The notes under the pieces are model-generated. The model worked only from the letters and a program-made list of their open reading frames with translations. It searched no databases and had not been told where the DNA came from. Below are positions 8,139-16,095 of a DNA stretch of 54,604 nucleotides, one piece after another; positions within the stretch are counted from its first letter, which is position 1; every line of letters begins with the position of its first letter. This DNA is from Pontimonas sp. Lineage in GTDB: Bacteria; Actinomycetota; Actinomycetes; Actinomycetales; Microbacteriaceae. The position numbers were made by a program, and so were the translations under genes. The stretch lies in NCBI GenBank assembly GCA_021741945.1, contig JAIOWV010000001.1, positions 1 to 54,604 of the forward strand. Direction: 5' to 3'.

Positions 8139-9674
8139 CTAGACCTCGAGGGTGAGTTCGGCACTGAGTGATCTCGACACACACGGATACATGATGCCCA
8201 GCTCATCCTTGTCCGCGTCACTCATGACCGAATCCAGGTGCTCCGGTTGGCCCTCAAGTACGCGGACCTCGCACGTCCCACAGACCCCTCGGTTACACGA
8301 CACGGGGAGCACAACGCCCGACTTTGCTAGGGCGCCAACGACGGTCTCTCCCGGATTCACTGCCACCGAGACCCCGCTTGTCGCCGCGAGGACCGAAAAA
8401 GCCTGTCCGACTCGTCCCGAGACTCGAACCTTCGGCTCGAACCGTTCGAGATGAAGACGCCTGGCTGGCACAATCCGCTCGAGCTCGTCGAGCACCGCTG
8501 CTGATCCACAGGCATAAACCTCTGCGGCCGGGTCAATAAGGCTGGCGAGATCCGGCCTGGAGCCCCGGTCCCCGGTTGCCCAGAGACTAACTCTCTCGCC
8601 GTACAGTTCGACCAGTTCCTCAGCAAAGAGCATGTCCTTGGCGCTTCGCGCGATGTAGAGCAGTGTCCACTCACGACTAGCTGGCAAGGCGTACAGCATG
8701 GATCGCAGAGGAGTAATCCCGATTCCGGAGGCGATGAACTGATACCTGCGCGCTGGCTTGAGTGGAAAATGGTTGCGCGGGAAATCACAGAGGATTTCGT
8801 CGCCGACGTGCAGATTCTCGTGAACCCAGGTGCTTCCTCCCCCCGGCCCACCGGTGTTTTTGACGCCTATGAGCAAGCTGTCCTGCTCAGCCGGATCGCC
8901 TGCCAACGAGTACTGGCGCTCGAGTCCATTGCCTAAGTGCAAGGTGAGGTGGGCCCCTGCCTCCCACTCAAGCTCAAGGTTCTTGTCCACCGGGGTCAGG
9001 GTGATGAGAGCAAGACCGGAACCCGAATCAACGCGGTCCACAACCCGGGCTGTGAAGTTGGAGGCTGGCATCGCCCGGATTGCGTCACCCTGTGGTGCGG
9101 CTACCGTCGCAGGGGTCTTTCTCGGTGCTGGCTTTTCTCGGCCAGCAATGATGAAGCGAATCACCACGGCCAAGGTGGCCGTCGTGATGAGAACGAGTGA
9201 AACTGCGGTGTACCAGGGGGTGCCCACATCTGTCCCCACGAGGCCTGAGTGCAATGCCACAAGCAAGAGCACGCCGTAGCTAGAGAGGTGAACTGCTTTC
9301 CAGAAAGCCTCCGGCAACCACTTCGCCAGTAACGCTGTCACCTGTATCGCTACCAGCAGCCAGAAAGCGATGACACCCAGAGCCACAGGAAGAGGTTCGA
9401 ACGAGGTAGCGAAGGGAATAAGCACATCCGCCCACCCAAAATCGATGTAGTCGTCGAGAAGAAGCGTGACAATATGCACGGCCACCATCGTCATGGCCAA
9501 ACCAGAGATGTAACGGTGGGTGACTTTGAGCCAGTCAGGATTATCCGCACCGCGCAGGATTCGGGTCTTCAACAAAATTCCCCATAGAGCTGTCACAGTG
9601 AGCAAGACCCAGGCAACTATCGCGCTAGCTCGGGTCAGAAACCACCAAATCTGCGGATCACTGAAATCAAGCAT
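8139..9674 (-). CDS. Ferric-reductase/MsrQ-like diheme cytochrome b fused to a PDR/VanB-type FAD/NAD(P)H/2Fe-2S reductase
   Basis: N-terminal TM domain with four His (THR, VHI, VHL, LHS); RQYSL flavin motif; GIGITP; CNRGVCGTC...C ferredoxin. Confidence 0.88.
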   Translation of the reverse strand: MLDFSDPQIWWFLTRASAIVAWVLLTVTALWGILLKTRILRGADNPDWLKVTHRYISGLAMTMVAVHIVTLLLDDYIDFGWADVLIPFATSFEPLPVALGVIAFWLLVAIQVTALLAKWLPEAFWKAVHLSSYGVLLLVALHSGLVGTDVGTPWYTAVSLVLITTATLAVVIRFIIAGREKPAPRKTPATVAAPQGDAIRAMPASNFTARVVDRVDSGSGLALITLTPVDKNLELEWEAGAHLTLHLGNGLERQYSLAGDPAEQDSLLIGVKNTGGPGGGSTWVHENLHVGDEILCDFPRNHFPLKPARRYQFIASGIGITPLRSMLYALPASREWTLLYIARSAKDMLFAEELVELYGERVSLWATGDRGSRPDLASLIDPAAEVYACGSAAVLDELERIVPARRLHLERFEPKVRVSGRVGQAFSVLAATSGVSVAVNPGETVVGALAKSGVVLPVSCNRGVCGTCEVRVLEGQPEHLDSVMSDADKDELGIMYPCVSRSLSAELTLEV

Positions 9675-10647
9675 CCGTCACCGGCCATCCGGGTGTGGTG
9701 ACCCACTCTCCAGAAACCAGCAAGCACCCGGCTTCAAATCGGTACCGTCTCGCGAGGTCTAGTAGCGCAGCATGCCCATCGACGAAGGCGACCTTGGTCC
9801 ACATCTCGGCGTCCGCGGCGGTGGGCGCGACCACCGTGGCCTGAATCGTGTCCGAGGTCGTGCTTTTGAGCGTTCTAGGACTAACAATGTGGTGGGTCTC
9901 GCGGGAGCCAGACCGAAACCGCCGTTTCGTTACCGTCGAGGTCGCAACGCCCGAGTCTGCCACTGTGATCACACTGAGCCGCCGCGACGTGTCGAGGGGG
10001 TTTTCAATGGCCAAGCGCCAGGAGTCACCACGGGGTGAGAACCCGCTGACGCGCACATCCCCTCCCAGGTCGACAAGGACTCCCATGGCGCCGGCCTCCG
10101 TGGCCATGCGCGCAGCGATATCGGCCGCCAGGCCTTTGCCCACTCCGCCCGAATCAATCATTGTCCCGGTCGGAACCGTGAGGGTTCCAGGTCCAAGCTC
10201 AACTCCAAGCAAATTGCCCCGCGAGCGCGCCGCTTCGTGCACTCGGGTCGTGAGTTCCGGACTGACAAGCGACGTCGAATAACCCTCAGCGACCAGTGCG
10301 GGGAGAAGCGTTGGATCGAAAGCTCCATGTGTCAACGCGTGACCCCGCTTCATCGCCTCAATGAGCTCATGCGTATCCTCGGACACCGGCTGCGCAATTC
10401 CGGGGTTCATGTTGGCAACGGAGAGTTCCGACGAGTCAATGAACCGGCTCCATCGGAGCTCTAACGATTTCAAGAGATCGAACATGCGATCGGCAAGATC
10501 TGGCATCCCGCCAATGGTCAGAATTCGAGCGTTGGTTCCCATAACCCTGCCCTCTGCTGCGAAGGAGCGTGGACCAGACGTCTCGGAGAACAGCGCTGAA
10601 TGAATCGCCGAGGCCACAGGGTCAGACAGCGAGGTGAGTTGTGTCAT
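9667..10647 (-). CDS. apbE: FAD:protein FMN transferase
   Basis: VMGT, WSRF..SELS, GAFDPT, DSGGVGKGLAAD, DLGGD, VATS, HHIV.P, ADAEMWTK. Confidence 0.92.
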   Translation of the reverse strand: MTQLTSLSDPVASAIHSALFSETSGPRSFAAEGRVMGTNARILTIGGMPDLADRMFDLLKSLELRWSRFIDSSELSVANMNPGIAQPVSEDTHELIEAMKRGHALTHGAFDPTLLPALVAEGYSTSLVSPELTTRVHEAARSRGNLLGVELGPGTLTVPTGTMIDSGGVGKGLAADIAARMATEAGAMGVLVDLGGDVRVSGFSPRGDSWRLAIENPLDTSRRLSVITVADSGVATSTVTKRRFRSGSRETHHIVSPRTLKSTTSDTIQATVVAPTAADAEMWTKVAFVDGHAALLDLARRYRFEAGCLLVSGEWVTTPGWPVTDA

Positions 10648-10650
10648 CGA

Positions 10651-11079
10651 CTAGGAACCCGCGGTGACGGCGTCGACCGGAGCCGGAGCGGGCGCTGGAG
10701 CAGCAGGTGCCGCTTCGGGGGCAGGAGCGGGCGCTGGAGCAGCGGGTGCCGCTTCGGGCGCGGGGGCCGGAGCCGCTGCCGGAGCCGTCGGCGTTGAGGC
10801 GACAGCCGGGGCCGGCGATGCCTTCTGCACTGGCGTGCTAGCCGTCGCTGGCGATTCAGGAAGCGGGGTCAGTGCGGCAACCTCTTGACGAACCTGGGTG
10901 TGGATTGCCAGGGCGATTGCGTCCCTGAGCGCAGCCTCTTGCGCGGCACGCTCCTGCTGTTGGATCTCGGCCGCTGCCGACTGCGAACTGAGCACGCTTG
11001 TGAGGCCGACAACTGCGACGGACGTTGCGAAGGTGAAGAACTGACGGGTTATCGCACCCGTCGCGTTACTAGTCGTCAT
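10651..11079 (-). CDS. Membrane-anchored Pro/Ala-rich protein ending in PVDAVTAGS (candidate ApbE substrate)
   Basis: ATG 11079 overlaps the upstream stop by 11 nt; hydrophobic N-terminal segment, short helix, PA-rich stalk; stop is 3 nt before apbE. Confidence 0.7.
   Translation of the reverse strand: MTTSNATGAITRQFFTFATSVAVVGLTSVLSSQSAAAEIQQQERAAQEAALRDAIALAIHTQVRQEVAALTPLPESPATASTPVQKASPAPAVASTPTAPAAAPAPAPEAAPAAPAPAPAPEAAPAAPAPAPAPVDAVTAGS
10685..10758. repeat. 39-bp tandem repeat encoding the Pro/Ala stalk
   Basis: GGAGCGGGCGCTGGAGCAGC(A/G)GGTGCCGCTTCGGG at 10685 and 10724. Confidence 0.85.
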
Positions 11080-11488
11080 CGTCGTCGTGGTCCTCGTCGT
11101 CGTGGTCGTCGTCATCGTCGTCGTGGTCGTCGTCATCGTCATCGTCGTCGTCATCGTCGCTCTCTGAATACGACGACCCGCTCGATGTCCCATCGACCGG
11201 CGCAGTCTGGATTGGAGCAACAGTTGTCGGGGGCGGGGACACTTGCCGAGTGCTCGTAGCCTCCGGGCTCACTGCCTCGGTGGGGATTGTCTCAATCGGG
11301 GTCTGCGGACTCTCCGGGGCCAGTTCGGAAGGGGTGGCCGTGGCAGGGTCGGGGAGCAGAACTTCACTCGCCGCGATGAGAGGTGACGAATTGGTGTCGA
11401 CGAGCGCTTGGGTGTTGGCGACCACTGCGGCCGAGCCGGTACCGAGGATGCCGATTATGCCGAGGCCTATCAATATGTTGTTTGACAT
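11069..11488 (-). CDS. Secreted/anchored Pro/Thr-rich protein with PVDGTSSGS and a poly-Asp/His tail
   Basis: N-terminal hydrophobic segment; TAGCCT -10 6 nt before the ATG; tail of about 29 residues of D/H/E. Confidence 0.7.
   Translation of the reverse strand: MSNNILIGLGIIGILGTGSAAVVANTQALVDTNSSPLIAASEVLLPDPATATPSELAPESPQTPIETIPTEAVSPEATSTRQVSPPPTTVAPIQTAPVDGTSSGSSYSESDDDDDDDDDDDHDDDDDDHDDEDHDDDDD
11072..11159. repeat. Imperfect (GTC/ATC)n trinucleotide tract encoding poly-Asp
   Basis: Directly visible gtcgtcatcgtcgtcgtggtc... run. Confidence 0.9.
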
Positions 11489-11512
11489 GCTTTGAGGCTA
11501 CGTCCAGCACAC

Positions 11513-11550
11513 CCAAGGAATTGCAGGACAATTTCCAAGAAACGTCCAAA
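11513..11550. promoter_or_regulatory. Phased direct repeats, candidate OmpR-family regulator site
   Basis: CCAA(G/A) at 11513, 11535 and 11546 (multiples of 11 bp) in the divergent promoter region. Confidence 0.4.
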
Positions 11551-11621
11551 TTTTTCCCGAATAACGGGCCAAACACCCTCGCGCGAATTATCCGCACCCG
11601 AGGGCGCGACAGAATAGGCGC

Positions 11622-12296
11622 GTGAAGGTTCTTCTCATCGAAGATGACCCGTCAATCGCGGGTGCGATCGTGGACGCCCTCGAGGCAGTCTCCTGGAGCG
11701 TGACTCCAGCACGGTCGGGCCACGACGGTCTTGAATTATTGGCACGGGGTGGTTGGGACGTCGTCCTACTTGATCTTGGGCTACCAGATCTCGATGGCAC
11801 TGACGTCACCCGAGTTGCCCGACAGACCACCAACACACCCATCATCGTCATCAGCGCTCGCGGCGATGAGGCCGATCGGGTCTTGGCGCTCGAATTAGGT
11901 GCCGATGATTACCTCGTGAAGCCCTTTGGCATGAGAGAACTCCTCGCCCGAATCCGCGCAGTCCATCGACGGTTCTCCGTCGCGGCAGAGCCGAGCGAAG
12001 AATCCACTCTCACGGTCGGCCAACTCCAGGTCGATGTGCGCCAGAGGCGCGCCTTCCTCGAGGGCACGGAACTAACGTTGACGCCGAAGGAGTTTGACGT
12101 TCTCGCTTATTTGGCGGCGGATCCAGACACCGCTCACCGGCGGGAAACGATACTTCAAGACGTCTGGGACATGAATTGGTACGGAAGCACGAAGACTCTT
12201 GATGCCCACGTTGCATCTGTGCGCAAGAAGCTAGGAAATCCTGATTGGATTCAGGCCGTCCGTGGAGTGGGGTTCCGGCTCCATGAGCCGCAATGA
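11622..12296 (+). CDS. OmpR/PhoB-family response regulator
   Basis: LIEDD, LDLGLP phospho-Asp, GADDYLVKPF, winged helix with VRGVGFR. Confidence 0.95.
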   Translation: MKVLLIEDDPSIAGAIVDALEAVSWSVTPARSGHDGLELLARGGWDVVLLDLGLPDLDGTDVTRVARQTTNTPIIVISARGDEADRVLALELGADDYLVKPFGMRELLARIRAVHRRFSVAAEPSEESTLTVGQLQVDVRQRRAFLEGTELTLTPKEFDVLAYLAADPDTAHRRETILQDVWDMNWYGSTKTLDAHVASVRKKLGNPDWIQAVRGVGFRLHEPQ

Positions 12297-13681
12297 GACG
12301 GCTTCTCCTCGCGAGTTTTCTCGGCATCGTGCTTATCGCGCTAGCGGCATCGACCCTGCCCTTTGCGATTTTTATCCAGGGCGTTGAACGCGACCGGCTA
12401 CTGACCGGACTAGAACGAGACGCTTTCGTTCTCGCCGGCCGTGCCGAAGAAGCTCTGGAGTCGCTAACCCCCACCGACCTCAGTCCGGTCCGCGACCTCG
12501 CCAAGGCCTACCGCGAAGCCGGTGGGGCGCGGGTGGTGATTGTGGATCGCTCAGGAATCGCCGTAGTCACCAATGACCCCGAGGAAAACCGGGTTGGCAT
12601 CAGCTACGCCAATCGCCCCGAGTTTCTCGAAGCGCTCTCCGGTTCTGTGGCCACGGGCGAGCGATTCTCCGAAACCCTGAATCTGACACTCGTTTATGTG
12701 GCAGTCCCAGTCTTTAGCGGTGACGAGGTTTTGGGCGCAGTTCGCTTGACCTTTGATAAAGCCGCGATCGACAAAGAAGTGAACCGGCAACTCTCGGGAA
12801 TTGGCTTGGTGGCGCTGACCACGCTCGCCCTCGGTGCCATCCTGGCCCTGATTCTCTCGAGGACTCTGGCGCGAGGCCTGAAAGAGCTTGACGAGGCGGC
12901 AGCCGCCATCTCACGTGGCGATCTGTCTGCTCGCGCGAGGGAAGATGTTGGACCCAGCGACAGCCGCGCACTGGCCCGGGCGTTCAACGCAATGGCCGAC
13001 CGTGTAAGCGTCCTAGTCGAGGAGCAGAAGCGATTTGCGTTCGATGCCTCCCACCAGCTGCGCACCCCCCTCACCGCAATCATGTTGAGGATTGAGGGCT
13101 TAAGGGCATCGCTTGCGTCAACACCAAAAATGGACGAGCGCTTCGACGCTATTGAGGCAGAAGTGGCTCGACTCAACCGTCTCATCGATGGCCTACTGGC
13201 ACTCGGACGCGCCGGAGCAGGTAGTGAGGTGATCGAACTCGTCGATGCCTCTGCCGTCTGTGCCGAGCGAATCGCTAGCTGGCGAAACCTGGCCGAGGAG
13301 GCTGGCAAACAGATCAGCGCCACAATCGAGCAGGGGCTCGAAGTCTGGGCGGCGCCTACTGCACTCGAACAGATTGTTGATGTCTTTCTGGATAACGCGG
13401 TGGCAGTTGAGCCGGCAGGGGGCACGGTGAATGTGACCCTAAGTAGGGCTGGCACTACAACAACCATCAGTGTTGAGGACAATGGCCCGGGGCTGTCCGC
13501 CGAGCACGAGAAACGCGCGTTCGACCGGTTCTGGCGCGGACCTAATGACTATGAGGGAACTGGTCTCGGCCTTGCGATTGCACAGCAGCTCGCAGCCAGG
13601 AGCGGCGCCACACTGTCACTCACCAACCGACCGGCGGGCGGAGCCATCGCACAGGCGGTATTCCGAGCGGCCGACTCGTAG
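12293..13681 (+). CDS. HAMP-containing sensor histidine kinase
   Basis: Two TM helices, HAMP, ASHQLRTPL H-box, DNA N-box, DNGPG, GTGLGL. Confidence 0.95.
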   Translation: MRRLLLASFLGIVLIALAASTLPFAIFIQGVERDRLLTGLERDAFVLAGRAEEALESLTPTDLSPVRDLAKAYREAGGARVVIVDRSGIAVVTNDPEENRVGISYANRPEFLEALSGSVATGERFSETLNLTLVYVAVPVFSGDEVLGAVRLTFDKAAIDKEVNRQLSGIGLVALTTLALGAILALILSRTLARGLKELDEAAAAISRGDLSARAREDVGPSDSRALARAFNAMADRVSVLVEEQKRFAFDASHQLRTPLTAIMLRIEGLRASLASTPKMDERFDAIEAEVARLNRLIDGLLALGRAGAGSEVIELVDASAVCAERIASWRNLAEEAGKQISATIEQGLEVWAAPTALEQIVDVFLDNAVAVEPAGGTVNVTLSRAGTTTTISVEDNGPGLSAEHEKRAFDRFWRGPNDYEGTGLGLAIAQQLAARSGATLSLTNRPAGGAIAQAVFRAADS

Positions 13682-13793
13682 GCAGGACCACCTCGCTCGC
13701 ACTGGCGGACAGGCCAGGCCGCAGATCCCGCCCTAGACTCGGGAAGACACCCCGCTCTCCAGGACCGTAACTCAATCGGTGAGGAACACCACC

Positions 13794-15440
13794 ATGGCAT
13801 CAACTCGTAAGCGCTGGATTGGCCTGCTCTTCATTTCGCTAGCCATTTCGCTGGTCATCATCGATGGAACCATCGTCAATACGATTTTCCCCGAGATTAT
13901 TGGAGACCTTGGACTGAGCTCCACCGAGGTCCAATGGGTTCAAGAAAGCTACGTCTTGGTCTTTGCGGCGACCCTCCTCGTGTGGGGATCACTGGCTGAC
14001 CGATTTGGTCGACGTCTGGTGCTGCTTGTTGGGATTGTCATTTTTGTCGCGGCATCGGTGTGGGCTGGCTCCGCAGACACTGCAAGTAGCCTCATTCTCG
14101 CTCGGGTGATTCAAGGCTTCGGCGGCGCGATGGTGTTGCCCACGACGCTCTCGCTGGTGAATGCGACCTTCCAAGGCAGGGAGCGTGGGATCGCCTTTGC
14201 TGTGTGGGGTTCGACTATTGGTGGCATGGTGGCTGTAGGACCCGTTCTGGGAGGCTGGCTTGCTACCGACTTCACCTGGCGGTGGGCATTTCTGATCAAT
14301 GTCCCGCTTGGCATCCTGATCATCGCAGGCCTCGTTCTGTATGTCTTCGAGTCAAAGGCACCTGGGGCCAAGCAGCCCATCGACTGGGTCGGGGCGGCTC
14401 TCTCCATAGTGCTTTTCGGGCCACTTGTCTTCGGACTGATTGAAGGTCGCGTCTATGGGTGGTGGTTGGTTAACCCGAAGAACAGTTTCCAAGTTGGCGA
14501 TCTGATCTGGCCTGCGGGTGGGATCTCAGTCATTCCGGTCGCGCTGGCGATCGCAGTAGTGGCGGGCATCGTCTTTGTCTGGTGGGAAACGAAGCGTGAG
14601 CGAAACAACAAGAGCGTCCTCCTCGACTTGAAGCTTTATCGCATCGCGTCCTTTAGGAACGGAACTGTCGCAGCACTCATCATCTCCATGGGCGAATTTG
14701 GCTTAATATTTGCGATTCCCCTTTGGTTACAAAATGTGATTGGGATGACACCGATTGGCGCTGGCCTGGTGCTTCTCTTTCTTGCCGGCGGCGCTTTCGT
14801 TGCCTCTGGAGTGGGAGGGGCTCTCTCTGGCAAACTTCCGGCAGCCCGTGCGGTCCAACTTGGTGTGGGTCTTGAAATTGTCGGAATCGTCGGATTCGGT
14901 CTCGTCGCTGCAAGCGACACAGGGTGGGTCGCTATCGCACCATTCCTGTTCCTCTACGGCATCGGTGTCGGGCTTGCGACAGCGCAACTGACCGGTGTCA
15001 TCATGGTCGACGTTCCCATGGAGAAGACCGGCCAAGGATCCGGCTCACAATCCACAGCGCGTCAGGTTGGCTCAGCGCTGGGCATCGCGGTGATCGGCAC
15101 CATGTTGTTCACCGGAACGGAAGCCTCACTCGAGGACCGACTCACCACGCTGGGCGTCTCTGCCACAGCGCAGACTGGCATTGTCGAATCGGTGGTGGAC
15201 TCCGCCGGTGGCGTGATCCCTGGACTCACCGAGGCGCTGACCGCTCAAGCGGTCGAGGCCTCAGTCGCCGAGGAAATCCAGCGGGCCAGCGGCGAGGCGC
15301 TCACCGACGGCGCGAGAAGCGCATCCTTCTTCGCAGCGGGGTTTCTTGTGCTTGGACTGTTGGCTTCATTCCGATTAGGGACCCAAACCCCACCGGGCAC
15401 CGAGCGGTCGCGCAAGCCAGAATCGAAAGAGCTGGCCTAG
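13794..15440 (+). CDS. DHA2-family MFS efflux transporter (EmrB/QacA-like)
   Basis: DGTIVN, GSLADRFGRR motif A, WRWAFLINVPLG; 14-TM layout; GAGG RBS before ATG 13794. Confidence 0.92.
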   Translation: MASTRKRWIGLLFISLAISLVIIDGTIVNTIFPEIIGDLGLSSTEVQWVQESYVLVFAATLLVWGSLADRFGRRLVLLVGIVIFVAASVWAGSADTASSLILARVIQGFGGAMVLPTTLSLVNATFQGRERGIAFAVWGSTIGGMVAVGPVLGGWLATDFTWRWAFLINVPLGILIIAGLVLYVFESKAPGAKQPIDWVGAALSIVLFGPLVFGLIEGRVYGWWLVNPKNSFQVGDLIWPAGGISVIPVALAIAVVAGIVFVWWETKRERNNKSVLLDLKLYRIASFRNGTVAALIISMGEFGLIFAIPLWLQNVIGMTPIGAGLVLLFLAGGAFVASGVGGALSGKLPAARAVQLGVGLEIVGIVGFGLVAASDTGWVAIAPFLFLYGIGVGLATAQLTGVIMVDVPMEKTGQGSGSQSTARQVGSALGIAVIGTMLFTGTEASLEDRLTTLGVSATAQTGIVESVVDSAGGVIPGLTEALTAQAVEASVAEEIQRASGEALTDGARSASFFAAGFLVLGLLASFRLGTQTPPGTERSRKPESKELA

Positions 15441-15483
15441 GACCCAACTTCATTGCTCGTGAGGCACGATGCGCCCCCCGAGC

Positions 15484-15993
15484 TCAGAGTCCCGCTAGTT
15501 TCGGCTTGGCGCGGCCAAACCAGGAAAGTGACCTGGTGACGGGCTTCATTCTGCGCCCATAGGCATCTTCAAAATGAACCGTCGCGGTGAGCTGCGATAG
15601 GCGCTCTCTCACGCCCAACCTAGCCACCTGATAATCCTTGTCCTCAGGGTTTCCCTCGAGCGCGATGACGACGACCTCTTCGCCAGGCAAGACCGCCACC
15701 GACACGAGCTCCTCGAAGTAGGTTTCCCAGGCAGTCTCAGGCCCGAGGTCAGGCATTGCTGAAATCAAGTTCGGGAACTCAAGCGAACCGTCGGTCGCCT
15801 CGAATTTACGAATCACCAGTGGACCCAAGCCGGCGTTCGAGATTCTCACGGCCACACGGTTCTCATAGTCGTGAAACTTGATTTGACCGATCGGCTTCAA
15901 GGACAAGAAATTGTGGCGCCGCTGAAGCAGCGCTGTGTAGGCGGCAAGTCCAATCGCAGCAACACCAATGAACAGTTCCAGACTGAAGTCCAT
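15484..15993 (-). CDS. Hypothetical protein with an N-terminal TM helix
   Basis: 169-aa ORF; TM followed by a beta-rich domain (RISNAGLGPLVI); AAAGG upstream. Confidence 0.6.
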   Translation of the reverse strand: MDFSLELFIGVAAIGLAAYTALLQRRHNFLSLKPIGQIKFHDYENRVAVRISNAGLGPLVIRKFEATDGSLEFPNLISAMPDLGPETAWETYFEELVSVAVLPGEEVVVIALEGNPEDKDYQVARLGVRERLSQLTATVHFEDAYGRRMKPVTRSLSWFGRAKPKLAGL

Positions 15994-16052
15994 GCCTTTG
16001 TTTCTAGCATCAGATCGTCTGGAATGTGGTCAACCTGCGTCCACGTTCGCCC

Positions 16053-16078
16053 GGGCCGCCTGCGGGAATCGAACCCGC
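16053..16078 (-). repeat. 26-bp duplication of the tRNA-Thr 3' end (att-like site)
   Basis: GGGCCGCCTGCGGGAATCGAACCCGC is identical to 20299-20324. Confidence 0.92.
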
Positions 16079-16095
16079 CTTGGCGTATCGGCGAC

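Noticed and set aside
10685-11160. Repeats as a possible CRISPR array or non-coding repeat system
   Set aside because: In-frame coding repeats with no unique spacers; no cas genes in the window
11080-11220. Poly-Thr N-terminal extension of ORF 10651..11220
   Set aside because: Alternate-frame reading of the poly-Asp codons of the upstream gene; ATG 11079 gives a coupled start
16053-16095. Possible second tRNA gene
   Set aside because: Only the T-arm and acceptor 3' strand match; no anticodon or D arm, so treated as an att-like repeat
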